DNA of 64,000 bases, from positions 372,001 to 436,000 of the forward strand of contig CAVNZM010000007.1 in assembly GCA_963693365.1 (NCBI GenBank), read 5' to 3'. Both the position numbers and the translations under genes were made by a program. The stretch comes from Amoebidium appalachense. Taxonomy: Eukaryota; Protista; Ichthyosporea. Shown piece after piece: positions 35,797 through 51,667 of this stretch; positions within the stretch are counted from its first letter, which is position 1, and each line of letters begins with the position of its first letter. Under the pieces are notes generated by a model. The model did no database searches. It was not told where the DNA came from and was given only the letters and a program-made list of their open reading frames with translations.

Positions 35797-36968
35797 CGTC
35801 CACACACACACACACATGTGACACACACACACAACCGTGACACAAACATGAACATGCGCACGCGTACACAAACATGTGGTCACGTGTGCGCGCAATCAGG
35901 CACCCACTAATTTAAAGCCATGATCATGTTCTCCACCTGAGCTTGTCCAATTAATCATTAGCTCGGGAATATCATGTGGCACATGCAGTTCACTCGAACA
36001 CTGGCACACCCAGCCGGTCCGGTCACCAACACACGGGTACCGTAAATTCGAACGCACTTGCATGTGTGCGCACACAATCACACCGGCACCGTGTACACGC
36101 AGTCATCGCACAGACACACACAAACACGTTGACACACACACCATTGCACACACACATGCATACACACCATTATAAACGCACACGTGACACATGCACACAC
36201 ACAGTAGTACACATGGCGCGTGTGTGTGCGCGCACACACACACACACAAACACAGACACACGCCACATCCACCACTCCGGAAAACATGCACACATGCGCG
36301 CACGCACACACACACACATGCACGCCCACACACACACGCATACACAACACACACGCAAACGCAAACTCACACACACACATGAGACTGACACGTGTGCCCA
36401 AACCTTTAAACACGTGCACACAAGCACATTTGAAAACTCATCCTGGCATTACGCACAATCACGTGAACGCATGACGGTGGATCATAAAGAAATAAGACAC
36501 GAAGTTCAACTTACGCAATGAGATACATGGTGCAGGGCGCATGCAAGGGGCAAACTCGGGCGTGCATTGGCAATATCACTTATTCATTATCAACATACAG
36601 CGACTTTGTATACGTGACCTCCACACAACTAATATTAAATGATGAGAACGGTGCGGGGCACATGCAAATGCAGAGGTTCCCGTGCAGCAAAAATGGGTGT
36701 GTGTGTTTGTATGGGGCGGGCCAGGGAGGAGGGGGAGGGGCTAGAGGGTTAACATGACGAAAAAAGGCAGTGGACAATAGTTGTTCAGAAGCTGCAGATT
36801 TATTTCGCTAATCTGTACATACAAAAACTCCTGGGCTGCCCGGTTCCTGCCATGGCTGCCACATATCTTAACTGCCACCCAAAAAACACCGTCATTCAGA
36901 CCACAGGCTGAAGGGGATAGCTAGGATTGTCAAATTACACCAATAAAATTAAAATATAAAATTAAGAG

Positions 36969-39026
36969 TTAAACCCCATACGAGGGCTTCCCAGGCATTG
37001 CCTGTTGCGTACTGTTCATTTCAGCAAAGCTAAAAGCCTGTGGGTTTGCCTGCAGCTGAGCCGTTGAACCAGCGCTACCGGGGATAAACGACATGTTGGT
37101 GCCAGAGGGCAGGAACGCGCTCTCCTTCATCTGCTGACGCTTGCGACGGCGGTAGAGAACGAAGCCAACCAGGCCACACAGGCAGCAGCAGCACAGCACT
37201 AGCAGGATGCTAACTATGGCAATGATGATGGCCGCACTGCTGCTGCCACTGCTACCACTCTGACCCACAGGCGTGGACCCACCCGCCAAATCGCTGGCCG
37301 TGTATGCGATACCAACATCCTTGCCCACATCAACATCACCGGTCTTACGACGCTCGAGTCTGTGCATGTACTCGGCGTCACGACGGCGGCGGCGTGTCCC
37401 ATCCTCATAGTCCACACGCACAGTGAAGGTAAAGTTCACCTGGTTGCTGCTGGTGGTGGCGGCGGCACAGGCCATTTGCGCCGTAACGGGGAGAGAGAAC
37501 TGGATCTCACGGGGCTCGGTGGCGTTGTTGAAAACGTCGTTCATGGTGGTGGCATCGGTAAGGTACGGGTCATAGGCCGCACAGTTGCCGTCGGATGTGC
37601 GTACAGCGTTGATGATGTCTGCCGTGCGAATAATAACCCCAGTGGTATTGGTCCACAGCTTGATGGACCAGTAGGACATCTCGCCGAGGTTGAAGGCAGC
37701 CGTTGGGCGGTCGACAAGGAACGTGCTGTCGTTACGAAGAGTAATGGTGGGCGTGAACACGTCGGAAATGTTGACCTCCGTGACCTTGCAGAAATCTTTG
37801 GAGTCGAGGTAAAACCTGACGTTTGTGGACTTCTGGAGGATGGTCGGGCACACATTGCTGCTGTTGGCAACGTCTTGGCAAGCCACGGGCAGGTCCAAAA
37901 TGTCGTAGTTTGCCGTCAGCTGACACGCCGTTACCTCTAGGGTTAATTGTACGCTGCAGATGGCATTTGAAGCACTGTTGCATGCAGGTGCCGCCGTCCA
38001 GTTGCTCACAGTGAGGGAGGTGTCGGTCTTCTCCGATGCCGTGGTAAGACCGTTAGCAGGGCCATCAACAGTGTAGGGGTAGGGCAGGGTAACGTCAATA
38101 GTAACAGTGGTGATGTTGTTGGTCTTGTTGACGGCCACGGTGGTGATAGCGGCCTGCAGGTCAGCCTCGGGGTATGTGACGGTGATGGATGCAGTCACGT
38201 TGCCAACACGGTCGATGGCGATACGCAGGTTGGTGATAGCATTACCGCTACGCGTGGTAGGCACACGCAGTTTCTTGGTGCCGCTGATGTACTCTACGTT
38301 TTCGCTGTATGAGGCCTCCAGTGCCAGCTTGTAGGACACAAGGGTGGGGTAGGTATCCTTCACTGCGCCACAGTCCTGGGTTTTGTCGAACCGCACAGCA
38401 AAGTTGAAGGTTGCGTGGCAATTAGATTGGAGGGCATAGCCACTGCCCTGAATGGTGTCGGTAGGGTTGTTGCCTGCAAGTGCCGACCACTTGCACGTTC
38501 CGTACGCAAACTCTGTCGTCCTGCGAGTCCAGTACCAGGGGCCAAGGTCGGCGCGGATTTTAACCTTGTTCTCCTGAATGACGGGGGAGGGGATGAGGGC
38601 TAGAGACATGTTGGCCTGCAGGGCAATGGGTAGGCCGAACGAGCATTTGCTTGTTCCGGTGCTATCCTCGAAGGAGACGTATTCGATAACCACCCCGCCC
38701 AAATTGCTGCTTGTGATAATATCAACAGCTGGCGCTCCGGGGGCTGGAGCAGCCCAATTGTACTTGATGGTCGTGAGGGACTTTGCAGCGTCTGTTGGGT
38801 CAGGAGTGCCGCGAATGGTGATGTTATTCAGTGTCTGAAGCATCAAAACGTCGTCAAGAAATACTGTGCCGGGACCAAGTTTAATGACATCACCGTTGGT
38901 GATGCCGATCATGTCTCCAATAGCGATGGTCTCTCCATTGTTCACTGGGAACTCTGCAGCTGAAGCAAGGCCTGCAAGGGCCAGAAGGCCAGAGAGCAGA
39001 AACATTATGCCTCTATGCACTACCAT
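36969..39026 (-). CDS. Intronless 685-aa type I membrane glycoprotein, ZP-module-like
   Basis: Repeat-free ORF; signal peptide (MFLLSGLLALAGLASA), Cys/Thr-rich beta ectodomain with many N-x-S/T sites, polybasic TRRRRRD site, Gly/Ser linker, TM helix (AAIIIAIVSILLVLCCCCLCGLVGFVLY) and RRRKR stop-transfer. Confidence 0.9.
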   Translation of the reverse strand: MVVHRGIMFLLSGLLALAGLASAAEFPVNNGETIAIGDMIGITNGDVIKLGPGTVFLDDVLMLQTLNNITIRGTPDPTDAAKSLTTIKYNWAAPAPGAPAVDIITSSNLGGVVIEYVSFEDSTGTSKCSFGLPIALQANMSLALIPSPVIQENKVKIRADLGPWYWTRRTTEFAYGTCKWSALAGNNPTDTIQGSGYALQSNCHATFNFAVRFDKTQDCGAVKDTYPTLVSYKLALEASYSENVEYISGTKKLRVPTTRSGNAITNLRIAIDRVGNVTASITVTYPEADLQAAITTVAVNKTNNITTVTIDVTLPYPYTVDGPANGLTTASEKTDTSLTVSNWTAAPACNSASNAICSVQLTLEVTACQLTANYDILDLPVACQDVANSSNVCPTILQKSTNVRFYLDSKDFCKVTEVNISDVFTPTITLRNDSTFLVDRPTAAFNLGEMSYWSIKLWTNTTGVIIRTADIINAVRTSDGNCAAYDPYLTDATTMNDVFNNATEPREIQFSLPVTAQMACAAATTSSNQVNFTFTVRVDYEDGTRRRRRDAEYMHRLERRKTGDVDVGKDVGIAYTASDLAGGSTPVGQSGSSGSSSAAIIIAIVSILLVLCCCCLCGLVGFVLYRRRKRQQMKESAFLPSGTNMSFIPGSAGSTAQLQANPQAFSFAEMNSTQQAMPGKPSYGV

Positions 39027-40243
39027 GCGCAGAGAACGTGGGTTTCAAAGCAAAATAATGTGGTAAAACGGTTCCCAAATCACTTGGCCTGACCGTGCAG
39101 CTAGCGTAGAAAAAAAAAACCGTTACGAGATTCTAAAAAATTGGTTCCTCCTCGCTGAAAAAATAGTTCCTCCTCGCTAACTAACGAAGTGTTTAGCCTA
39201 TTTCGACTTCACAGATGTGGTGTGTGTGATGGTCGACACCAGTGATATTGGAGATACTTATTGGGTAACTTATCTGAGGAATGTCTGATATATCAACAAC
39301 ATGTGATTTACCGCCAATCAGTTAGTGCGATACTTTGCGTGCCTTGGCCAAAGCGCGCCGCGCAGTCAGAGGCTGCTTTCCGAACGGCAACTAATGTTTT
39401 ACAGCTCTTTTCATGTTACTTTTTGATGCACAAAGCACATATGAATGCATGTTTAAGCGTTTAAATAGAGCTTATATGTTCTATTGCAGTTGAGTTCACT
39501 TCGGTCAACACTGTGGAACACCGTGGACGGAATTCAGAATGTCCCCAATTAAACGGAAGTATGCGAGATGCATACTTTACAGTCGTATTCAGCGCTATGA
39601 TTGGTAGATAGTCTTGGTTTTATCCGCGCAGATAGATCTGAGTCATCTGATTTCATGAAGCGTACCGCGCCGTACATGAGGTCATGTCTTGTGGAGCGCT
39701 ACAGTTAACATTAAAAAAAGAAGTGCAAGTAAATTATTTGACTATTTCCTTCATCTTGGATTTTTCTTCTATCTACTTTGGTTCTGCGGATAAAAAAACA
39801 TACTGGCCAGCCGCTTTTATGATCGTCTGAAACCGTACACTGAAATTCTTATGCAAGTATTTACACCTCTCGACTTATTCACCCGGTATTTCAGAGGAAT
39901 GTTGGAATGTTTCGACCCACACAAAACCTTTAGGTAGGAGTCCCGTAGGACGCTGAAAATTGACTTGCGAAGACGCGTTTTTCACGCAAACAGCGGGGTG
40001 CTTTTGGATTATGCCCATATATTTTATATATACGTATGCATACATAAATCTTTGTCTCGCTGGTTCCCTCTTGTGTGCGTTGGTTTGCAGAGTCCCACCG
40101 CGTCAAAGCTGACGTCAAATGCTCACATCGACGTCATCGTGAGAGGCTCAAGGCATCATCGGTGCACCGGGGTGTGAAATTCAAAATGGGGTGCAGGCTG
40201 TACTAGCACATTCCTCCCTACTCAGTTTACTACCGCAGAGTCA

Positions 40244-40246
<3 letters not shown>

Positions 40247-40298
<52 letters not shown>
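40247..40298. repeat. (TA)n microsatellite
   Basis: Directly visible. Confidence 0.95.
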
Positions 40299-40300
<2 letters not shown>

Positions 40301-40431
40301 GAGAGGAAAAGCAAAAAATCAGATGCAAAAAATTGAGAGATCAGGCGCCATACAAAATAAAGAGAACCCCTGAATGTTGAACAGCCAGGGCCCGGGGTAT
40401 TTTCTGGACGCGCGGCGGGCCGGCTCTTCAG

Positions 40432-40827
40432 CAGGGTTGGGCTGGGGTTGACCAGCCTAACCGTATGGCCCTTGGGCCAATCGTAACGGACTATTTCTTA
40501 ATCGTAATGGGGGGGTTCTTGTGGAGCGTTCAGCCCCGTCGAAAACGCCCCTCCAGTCAAACATTCCAAAATGCGCATTTTTACAAGTTGAGTATTGCAG
40601 GATTACAGGCCCTGAGCACAGGTCGGGGCTCGATATTGCACAGCAAGAGAGCTGCAGATAGGTTCTTGAACAGAAATTTTGAAAAAATAGGCAAGATTAG
40701 ATAGTCAAGCATATTTTACGCTAAACACCTGATACGAAAGCTGTTACGACGGCACCCCAACCTTATTCGTATCGGGGTCTCTCGTTAATCATAATTACGA
40801 CGATTTTCGTTCGTAATCCCTACCCTG
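40432..40827. mobile_element. hAT-type MITE with 8-bp TSD
   Basis: Termini CAGGGTTGGG...CCCTACCCTG; perfect CTCTTCAG duplication at 40424-40431 and 40828-40835; subterminal TCGTAA/TTACGA repeats. Confidence 0.85.
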
Positions 40828-42609
40828 CTCTTCAGTTTGTCAGGATCATGATCATGACGGGGCCGGGTGGCCCTGCGCATGCGCTGCGCGAGGCCGACTG
40901 TCCTTGGCCGCCTAAAGGCTTCGTTAAGCGGCTCAGATTTTAAAAAAGGGGGGGATGAATGAAACCGATGGCCACTCGTGACTTGTCACGGTCATGGATG
41001 TGTGTGTGTGCGGGTAAAATTGTCCCTAACTAATAAAATATTACATTGATTCACCATAGAAACCCCGTGCCCACGTGCACGGTGCATGTACGTATACATC
41101 TGTAACGCGTAGCCGACGACGGTTCCGTGGACACGGACGTAACGCGTACCCGTAATAAACGCGCCGTGAGCCGTGCTAATAAATAGCGGATGCATGCACG
41201 CTGTAAAAGTTGAATAGTGAATTTGCGTACGTGTGGTCTGTCTGTAACAGTCGTCCGTGCACCAGGGACTCTGATGGAGCGGCTGCACCTTTCAGTTTGT
41301 TGTAATTGCAAGGGAGGTTTTTGCTGTGATAGAATAGTCTATCTGTTTATTCCTGCTCTTCCCAGTCACGTACTTAGCCTAGTTGTTCCCGCCTATCTCT
41401 CCCCCCCCCCCCCCCCCCCCCCCCCGGACTCTCTCAGAGACCCTCTCTCTCTCTCTCCCCCCCCCCCCCCCCCCCCCCCCCTTCGCCCGTTTCCTCCCCT
41501 CCCCCGGCCTCCCCCCTTCTCCCCTCCTCCTCCCCCTCCCCCGACACCAGCCCCACCCACGCCCACCTCAGGGGCCCAACCACATCGACAGAGTCACCGG
41601 CAACTTGCTCTGAGTAAAATCATTCTGGCAAAAGCCGATTTTTCTTCTGCAAAAGCAGGATTATTGTGCTTTTAAAAGCAGGATTATTCTGCTAAAGAAT
41701 AATCTTGCTAAATTCTATATATAGTAAACTATTCAAAATGGTCCGGCTCTGTCCCGGTCCCCCCCCCCCCCCCCCCTGCCCCTCCCCCTCCCCCCCCCCC
41801 CCCCCCTCCCCCCCCTCCCCCCCCCCCCCCCCCCCCCGGCCGCGGCAGGCACGCGGCCGCCCTTTAAACCTCCGGTGCCCCCTGTGTCTTGTAGGGAGGA
41901 AGATTGATCTTGAAGAAGAACCCGGGGAGAGCTCCTCGGGGGTCACTGAGTATAAGCAACTCGGAAGGAGGGAGTCCGGTGGTGGCCCGACGTGGTGATG
42001 GTGGTGGGGAGGGGGGAGGGGGGAGGGGGGAGGGGGGGGGAGAGGGGGGCGGGGGGAAGGGGGAGACCACCCCACCGGGCAGCTGAGCCCCTTCCTGCCC
42101 CTAGAGGGAAGCCCCGGGGAAAGGCGGTGGAGGTGTTGGGGAGGGAGGGGGAGGGGGGAAGCTGTATGATACCGGTAACCTCTGCACTAAACGGTACCAA
42201 AACCACGGAGTATACAAGACCTTTGACGCAAGGAAACAAAGTAATGTATTATTGCGAGCTGGCCTCAAGCCAGCGTATTTCGAAGGAGCCAATTGCACCA
42301 GGTCACGAAGGATCGAAAAGGATACATACTAGTAAACACGATAACCTCGATTTGCCAATGTATGTGCATTACAGTTCCACTGGAGTTTCCACGGGTGCCA
42401 AAGAACTATGTATACTTAGTGGTCATTGGTTCTGCCAGTGCCAATTGAATACCCTGGTGGTGTGTATATCATCCCTTGGAATATGAATAGAGCAATGCTT
42501 TGGTAAGTTTCAAGAACATTAGCGAGATTCACAGCCCACATTCATGACTGCTTGCAACAGAAATAAAGTGTTGGATATGAACATGGTGGTCACGAGATTT
42601 CTACACGTG

Positions 42610-44982
<2,373 letters not shown>

Positions 44983-45236
44983 TGTGCGTGTGCGCGCGCG
45001 CGTACATGGTTGTGTGTGTAATTGCCCAAAGTTAGTGGCAGTAGAGGGCTGAATTAAGAGAGCAAGGGAGCCTGAGGGTGCTTGGGGGATGGGGGGGTGG
45101 GGGCTTGGAGGGGGTGGGGTTGGGTAGGGCTGGAGGGAAGGGGGGAGGGGGGGAGGAGGGTAGGTGGAAAACGAAACTGAGCGATGGACGGAGAGAATAA
45201 GTGTTGGGTCAAGTCTGCTAATAGAAGCACGTGCAG

Positions 45237-45298
<62 letters not shown>

Positions 45299-45958
45299 AT
45301 GCTCGTACGTGTTTGCGGAGGGAAGAGGGAGGGAGAGAGAGGGAGGGGGGAGTGGGGGGTTCAGCAAACGTGTGTGCACAGGTGTGCAGGGTATCTTGAG
45401 CGGAAGGGAGAGAGGGAGGGAGGAAGGGGGGGGGGGGGATAAGCTGTTTTACACAGTACTTAGTGTGTGATTCACGATGCGCATGGAGCAAAGGGTAGGG
45501 GGGAAGGGGGGAGGGGGGGGGGGGGGGGGGGGGGGAGGGGGGAAGGGACCCCTTAGTCGTATCCAAAGCCAAATGCACCTCCATTTCTATTTTTGAGTTT
45601 GGGCAAATTGCTTATTAAGACACCCCACGTGCATGTATCTTCAGAAAACATACGCTTAAGCGCCTTTCAACAATATCCCTAATTTGGTGCATAAACTGAT
45701 GACCACAGCTCTTGGATGAGCTCGTGCTTGACGATTAACTCTGCATGAGCATCGCACAATGATTGGCCGGGAAAAAACCCGCCCCGAGGACATCACTTGC
45801 AGCCTATTTGCTGCGCACACACGCACACCCACATGCACACATCCACATACAAAGGCACCCACCTTGCTATCCGCTGCAGCACCACCACCCACCCGCATGG
45901 CCACATCCACCAGCACCAGCCCAATGCCGACAGTTACACACACGGCTGTCTTGCTCAG

Positions 45959-47165
45959 CTATTTCGGATTAGATGAGTTCGAATTATCGTCCGATTTCGA
46001 TTTTTCGACCGATTTCTTTTCAAGTGGCATATCCGTTACCTGGTCTCCGTGTGCCCCGAGTTCCTTCTTCATTCCTTCCACTAAACGGTCTGCACACGTG
46101 AGCTTGCTCTCTTCCTCTCGACTTGTATTCCAGTCCGTGTTTTCTGTTTTGACAGCTTCACATGTGGCGGCAAGGGTGGGGATTGTGATTTGAGTGCTGT
46201 GTTCCTTCACTTCCACCTCCGTAAGCACTTCCACCTCCTCGAACCACATCTCAAACCAACTATTATTTTTCACTTTCGGTTGAGTCAGACCACGTTTCAC
46301 CGTTTCCCCCTCCTTACTCTCCAACCGCCCACCATCTCCACCTTCCTTGCCTTCCCTTTCAACCTGGCCTCCCACCTGCACTACCTCATAGCACCTTTCT
46401 CGATTCTTCCATCCCAGGAATCCAACTTTCTCACCCTTGCCCTCTTTCTTCACTTTCGATGGAATGATGATATCGCAGAGAGGATGTAGGCGACACGGAG
46501 AAAAGGGATGGCTGTAGCCTGCTTCAATACAAAGGAGCCGGTATGCGCGGGGAGGGTCGAACTCTCCACCGTCCGCATGACACCCAACCACCCGCAGGCC
46601 CGCGCAGAATATGGGGCACTCGGGCATGGCCGCTATTCCCTCTTTAAGCCCCTGGTGGCCCACAGAGTGAGCGCCCTCCTCAAGCCCCATGTCTCCAACC
46701 ACCAACTTCATAACCTGGTGATACTGTGCCCTCCACCGTGTGCGAAACAAACTCCCAGCCCTGGTCCGTGGGCAATGCGATTGCTCTCGGCCTCGGGTTT
46801 CCACCACCACCACCCTCCTCTCCCTTTCCTTTCTCGCCCAGAGTCGACCAACGGCTCGTTCTTCTACTTTCGCCCCCCTGCATCTCTTCTCCGTCGTCTG
46901 GTATTTCTCCTCTCGTATCCTCCCCCGTTGCACCCGAACTTTTCATTTCTTCCCCCGTTTTTTCCGTTTGCTTCTGCTCTGATGGCCGTGATTGAGTGGT
47001 GACTGTCGTTTCTTGTTTACGTCCAGGAATGAAGGCCATTGAACACACGGGTCCTTTTCCATCCTTACGATCCTTGAATCTATCGACCATTGCACTTACT
47101 TCCTCTGGCGTTATTTCCATGCTTGTAGATGAGTTTTCGAACGAGAACCCAACGTCGATTGTCAT
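45959..47165 (-). CDS. Hypothetical intronless protein split over two overlapping frames
   Basis: 1.2 kb of repeat-free sequence; overlapping ORFs 46680-47243 and 45959-46933, Glu/Lys/Gly-rich; no recognised domain. Confidence 0.4.
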
Positions 47166-47314
47166 GTTTGATTCCCAGTCAGTTTCGTTGCACAAACACA
47201 CGCACGTGCACCTGCCCATGACTACCACCACCACCAGCAGCAACAGCAGGACTTACACAAAGACCTTTACAAACACCTCCCCATGACTACCATCGCCACC
47301 AGCAGCAACAGCAT

Positions 47315-47782
47315 GAACATGCACGTGATAACACCGAATACAACATTGATTAGAACATGCACGTGATAACACCGAATACAACATTGATTAGAACATGCAC
47401 GTGATAACACCGAATACAACATTGATTAGAACATGCACGTGACAACACCGAATACAACATTGATTAGAACATGCACGTGACAACACCGAATACAACATTG
47501 ATTAGAACATGCACGTGATAACACCGAATACAACATTGATTAGAACATGCACGTGATAACACCGAATACAACATTGATTAGAACATGCACGTGATAACAC
47601 CGAATACAACATTGATTAGAACATGCACGTGATAACACCGAATACAACATTGATTAGAACATGCACGTGATAACACCGAATACAACATTGATAAGAACAT
47701 GCACGTGATAACACCGAATACAACATTGATTAGAACATGCACGTGACAACACCGAATACAACATTGATTAGAACATGCACGT
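47315..47782. repeat. 38-bp minisatellite, 12 full copies plus a partial copy
   Basis: Unit gaacatgcacgtga(t/c)aacaccgaatacaacattgatta with exact 38-bp period. Confidence 0.97.
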
Positions 47783-47853
47783 AGATGACTGTATGTTGCC
47801 CCCTCCCCCCCTCCCCCCCTCCCCCCCTTCCCCACTTCCCCACCAAAAAACAC

Positions 47854-47942
47854 TGTTGCATACTTGAATGTTTGCCTTTGCATGTGTCCTGCACTATGCT
47901 TCTCGTCGTGTATGCGTACTTCGTACCATGTTCCGCATTCAA
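47854..47942 (+). mobile_element. Truncated copy (second subfamily) of the poly(C)-anchored repeat
   Basis: Matches the reverse complement of 61856-61945; ends ccgcattcaa(C)n. Confidence 0.75.
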
Positions 47943-47944
47943 CC

Positions 47945-47975
<31 letters not shown>

Positions 47976-48686
47976 AAAAAAAAAAAAGAAAGAAAGAAAA
48001 ACTGTCAGCCGGCACCATCTTGCACCCCCATGCACACACACAACAAACACACGCAAGCGCGCGCATGCGCACATACCGTGACACACACACACACATACAC
48101 ACACACACACACGTACAGCACACACACATGCCACGGTGGTGACCACCCACAGGCTCACCACGACATGTACATGTGGTTTTTTTCCAACTCAATCCAAGGC
48201 CTGTGAGTCCTTTGTGTGCCTAAGAGACAGAAAATTTCAGGAGGAATGAGATAAGGTGCATGCGGAGGGAAGTAAAGGGTGCACATCGATTTAAACGTGG
48301 TACAGGGCCTTAGCTTGATTTTGTTTACTCGACGAACTGGTTTGACCGCTAAATGCTTTCATGTAGTTTCATACATAAAGTCCAGGGGATACGGTCTTCG
48401 AATCATAGGATGCACCGGACGGGTGTGATCATCAGTGGTGGTGAGTGGGTGGGTGGGTGTGGTGGGGAGGGTAAGACGGGGGGCGGGGGGCACAGAAAAG
48501 ATCTAGAGAGAGAGAGAAGGAGGGAGGGAGCGAGGGAGAGAGGAAGGGGGGGGGAAGGGGTGGGGGGGAGACAGAGAGAGGGAGGGAGAAAAAGAAAAAA
48601 TGGGAGAGAGGAGGAGAAGGGAGCTCGAGGGAGGGAGGGAGCGAGCGAGCTCGAGGGATATAGTGGGGGTGGGAGGGCGGCGGCGG

Positions 48687-48719
<33 letters not shown>

Positions 48720-48761
48720 GGGGGGGGAGAGGGGGGGGAGGCAGTACGGGAGTGGGGAGAC

Positions 48762-48990
<229 letters not shown>

Positions 48991-49725
48991 AGGGCTGCAT
49001 TGGTGGACTGGCGGGCCTGACAAATATGGGATTCCTGGCTCAGTAGGTATTCGTTGAAAAAACAATTGAAAGCTTTAAAAGGCGAAGAATAAAATAAATG
49101 ATGTTTGATTCGACATATATCATTCCAATATCTTATCTCAAACTTATTGCGCAAGCTCATTGGCTTACCTACAAAAGAATTTATGGAATAGGTCAACGGC
49201 ATGGAATGTTAGATCTAGTCGTCGGTCCGGCTACCAAGGCACGGCCCTCCGTGACCAAGGTCAACAGTCACCGCGCCCGCCTGACAGTCTCACGTTGCTC
49301 TGTATCAGCGATTTTCTTTTTACCACTATGACCTTTTGCCCGTGTAGCACTAACAAAACTTAATAAGTGCCTTATAGAACCATGGACGGCTCTAAGCTGT
49401 ACATGTGTGATCAGCACTTGGCTGTGTGCTCGATACACTTGAGACACCTCCTTCTTAAACATAAACAATCATGTATGATCATTTATATGTGCACACGTGT
49501 CACATGTATACATACAAACACTATAGGCGCTGTTAAAAGACAAATTTATGCGTGCCCCCTTTTCAAGGATTTTCTAGGCAATCCCGACCATCAGAACAAC
49601 CAGGAGAGGGGAGATGATGTGTTTTTAAAAGGATGTCAGCTTTTTTAGAGGTGAGTTTTGTTTGGTGTGTGTGTGTATGGGTGGGTGGGTGGGTGGGTGG
49701 GCCTGTGTGCATGTGTGTATGTGTG

Positions 49726-49818
<93 letters not shown>

Positions 49819-50136
49819 GGGGGGGAGAAGGGGCGGCGGGAACAAGGCACTGATGGTATCTGTCCTGATTAGAAGTCACACATTTACCATTAGCGTGGAC
49901 CAGCCACCCAAATTGTTGTATAAAACGCGTTCCAAACTCCACCTCACTCATATATTATATTGGCCATCAACAGGCCTCACGGCGTACATATGTATGTACC
50001 CAACCATTCATGCATTCAAACCAATCAATAATGCTCACTTTAAAAAGGGAATCGCTATTAGGCATGCAGTTTAGCACGCCATAAAAACAACCCGCGTAAC
50101 ATAAAAACGCCGTGACGACAGTATGCAAACAGTACT

Positions 50137-50798
50137 TCACAGCAGATGGATAGACGACATTTTCCCTGGCGCAGCTGAAAAGTGTTCAGCATCCAAAGCC
50201 TCCACACACCCACCCACAACCATAGTTGCGGGTGCCTTCACTCCCGCCGCTCTAGATCTTTCCACAATGTTCTCCAACGTTCCCCAGATCGTACGTTGCT
50301 CCGGAAAAGTTGCCTTTTCAATAACTGCCGCTGGACATTCCTTTGGATAGCCGGCTTTGGTAATAAGTGTCTCAATCAACCAATCGCTTCGACCGACAGC
50401 CATTAGAAACACGACCGTTTGATTGGCGGAATACTGTGGAACATCCGGGTATCCGTTTTCCCGGGCCATGCCAGTGCACACCACCAACCGGTTTGCTATG
50501 CCCCTGTGTGTGACGGGGATGCCAGCAGAGAGGGGGGCTGAAAGGCACGATGATACACCTGGAATCACCTGTGCGTCAAAGCCGTGCTGTCTGAAAAACA
50601 GAATCTCCTCCCCACCACGGCCAAACAGGAACGGGTCGCCGTTTTTCAGCCGAACAACACGGTGCCCTTGCTGCAAACCTTCAAGACACCTGCGTGGGGG
50701 AGAAATGTTAGTGGCTGGAACGTGGGTGGTAGAGTGCTTAAGTGCTTGTGGGTGATCCCCAGGGGTGTGGTGGTGGGTGTGGTGGTGGTGGTGGTGGT

Positions 50799-50833
<35 letters not shown>

Positions 50834-51625
50834 ATGTATACAACCCCCATAGCCGAGAAAGTTCTCTGTGCCTAGGCTAAACAGCGTGAACCCATGCATA
50901 TGTGTTGGATGGTGGCTGATGTGTAAACACGGACACTGACACACCACCAGGGGAGTTCCTATGCTACAGAGAAATCTGCCCCTGGGCCTCCCGGGTGGAG
51001 GGGAGGGGGAGGGGGGGGGAGGGGGGGGAGAGAGAGAGGGACAGAGAGAGAGAGAGAGGAGGAGGACGATGAGGGGAGGGGGAGGGGGGGGGGGGGGGGG
51101 GGATGAAAAGACTGAAGCGAGGGGTTGGTGTGCAAAGGTGCCCATAGGTTCTAACAGGCAGTACACAAAAGGAGTTACGAGCATACAACAGAAAATGTAG
51201 CGCACATAGGCAAAGTATGCAACAGAACGACACATTCTGATTGGTTGCCCAGGCTAGAGCGGTAGGCATATGTTAAGAACAAGACGAGGGAGAGGGGGGA
51301 AGACGTAAACAATATAGAAAAAGACTAGGAATGTCGAGGGTTGGGGCCTTTGGGGACACGGGGAGGAGGGGGGTGGGGGATGTAAAGAAACAAAGAAGTC
51401 AAAGAAAAATATGTAGAATTGTCCTTAGAAACTTCCCAACCCCCCCCCCCCCCCCCCCACACACACGCACACACACGCACCACCCAAACCCCCCTCCCTG
51501 CCACCAATACCCGATAGAGCCCTAGTTTTGGGAATAGAAGTTCAGGGGTTGGGGTTCGAGTGTTTGAGTAAGTGCGGTTGGCACGAGCTACAACCCCCCC
51601 CCCCCCCCCCCCCCCCAACACACAC

Positions 51626-51667
<42 letters not shown>

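Noticed and set aside
47315-47782. CRISPR array
   Set aside because: Units are head-to-tail with no unique spacers and no cas genes; eukaryotic minisatellite
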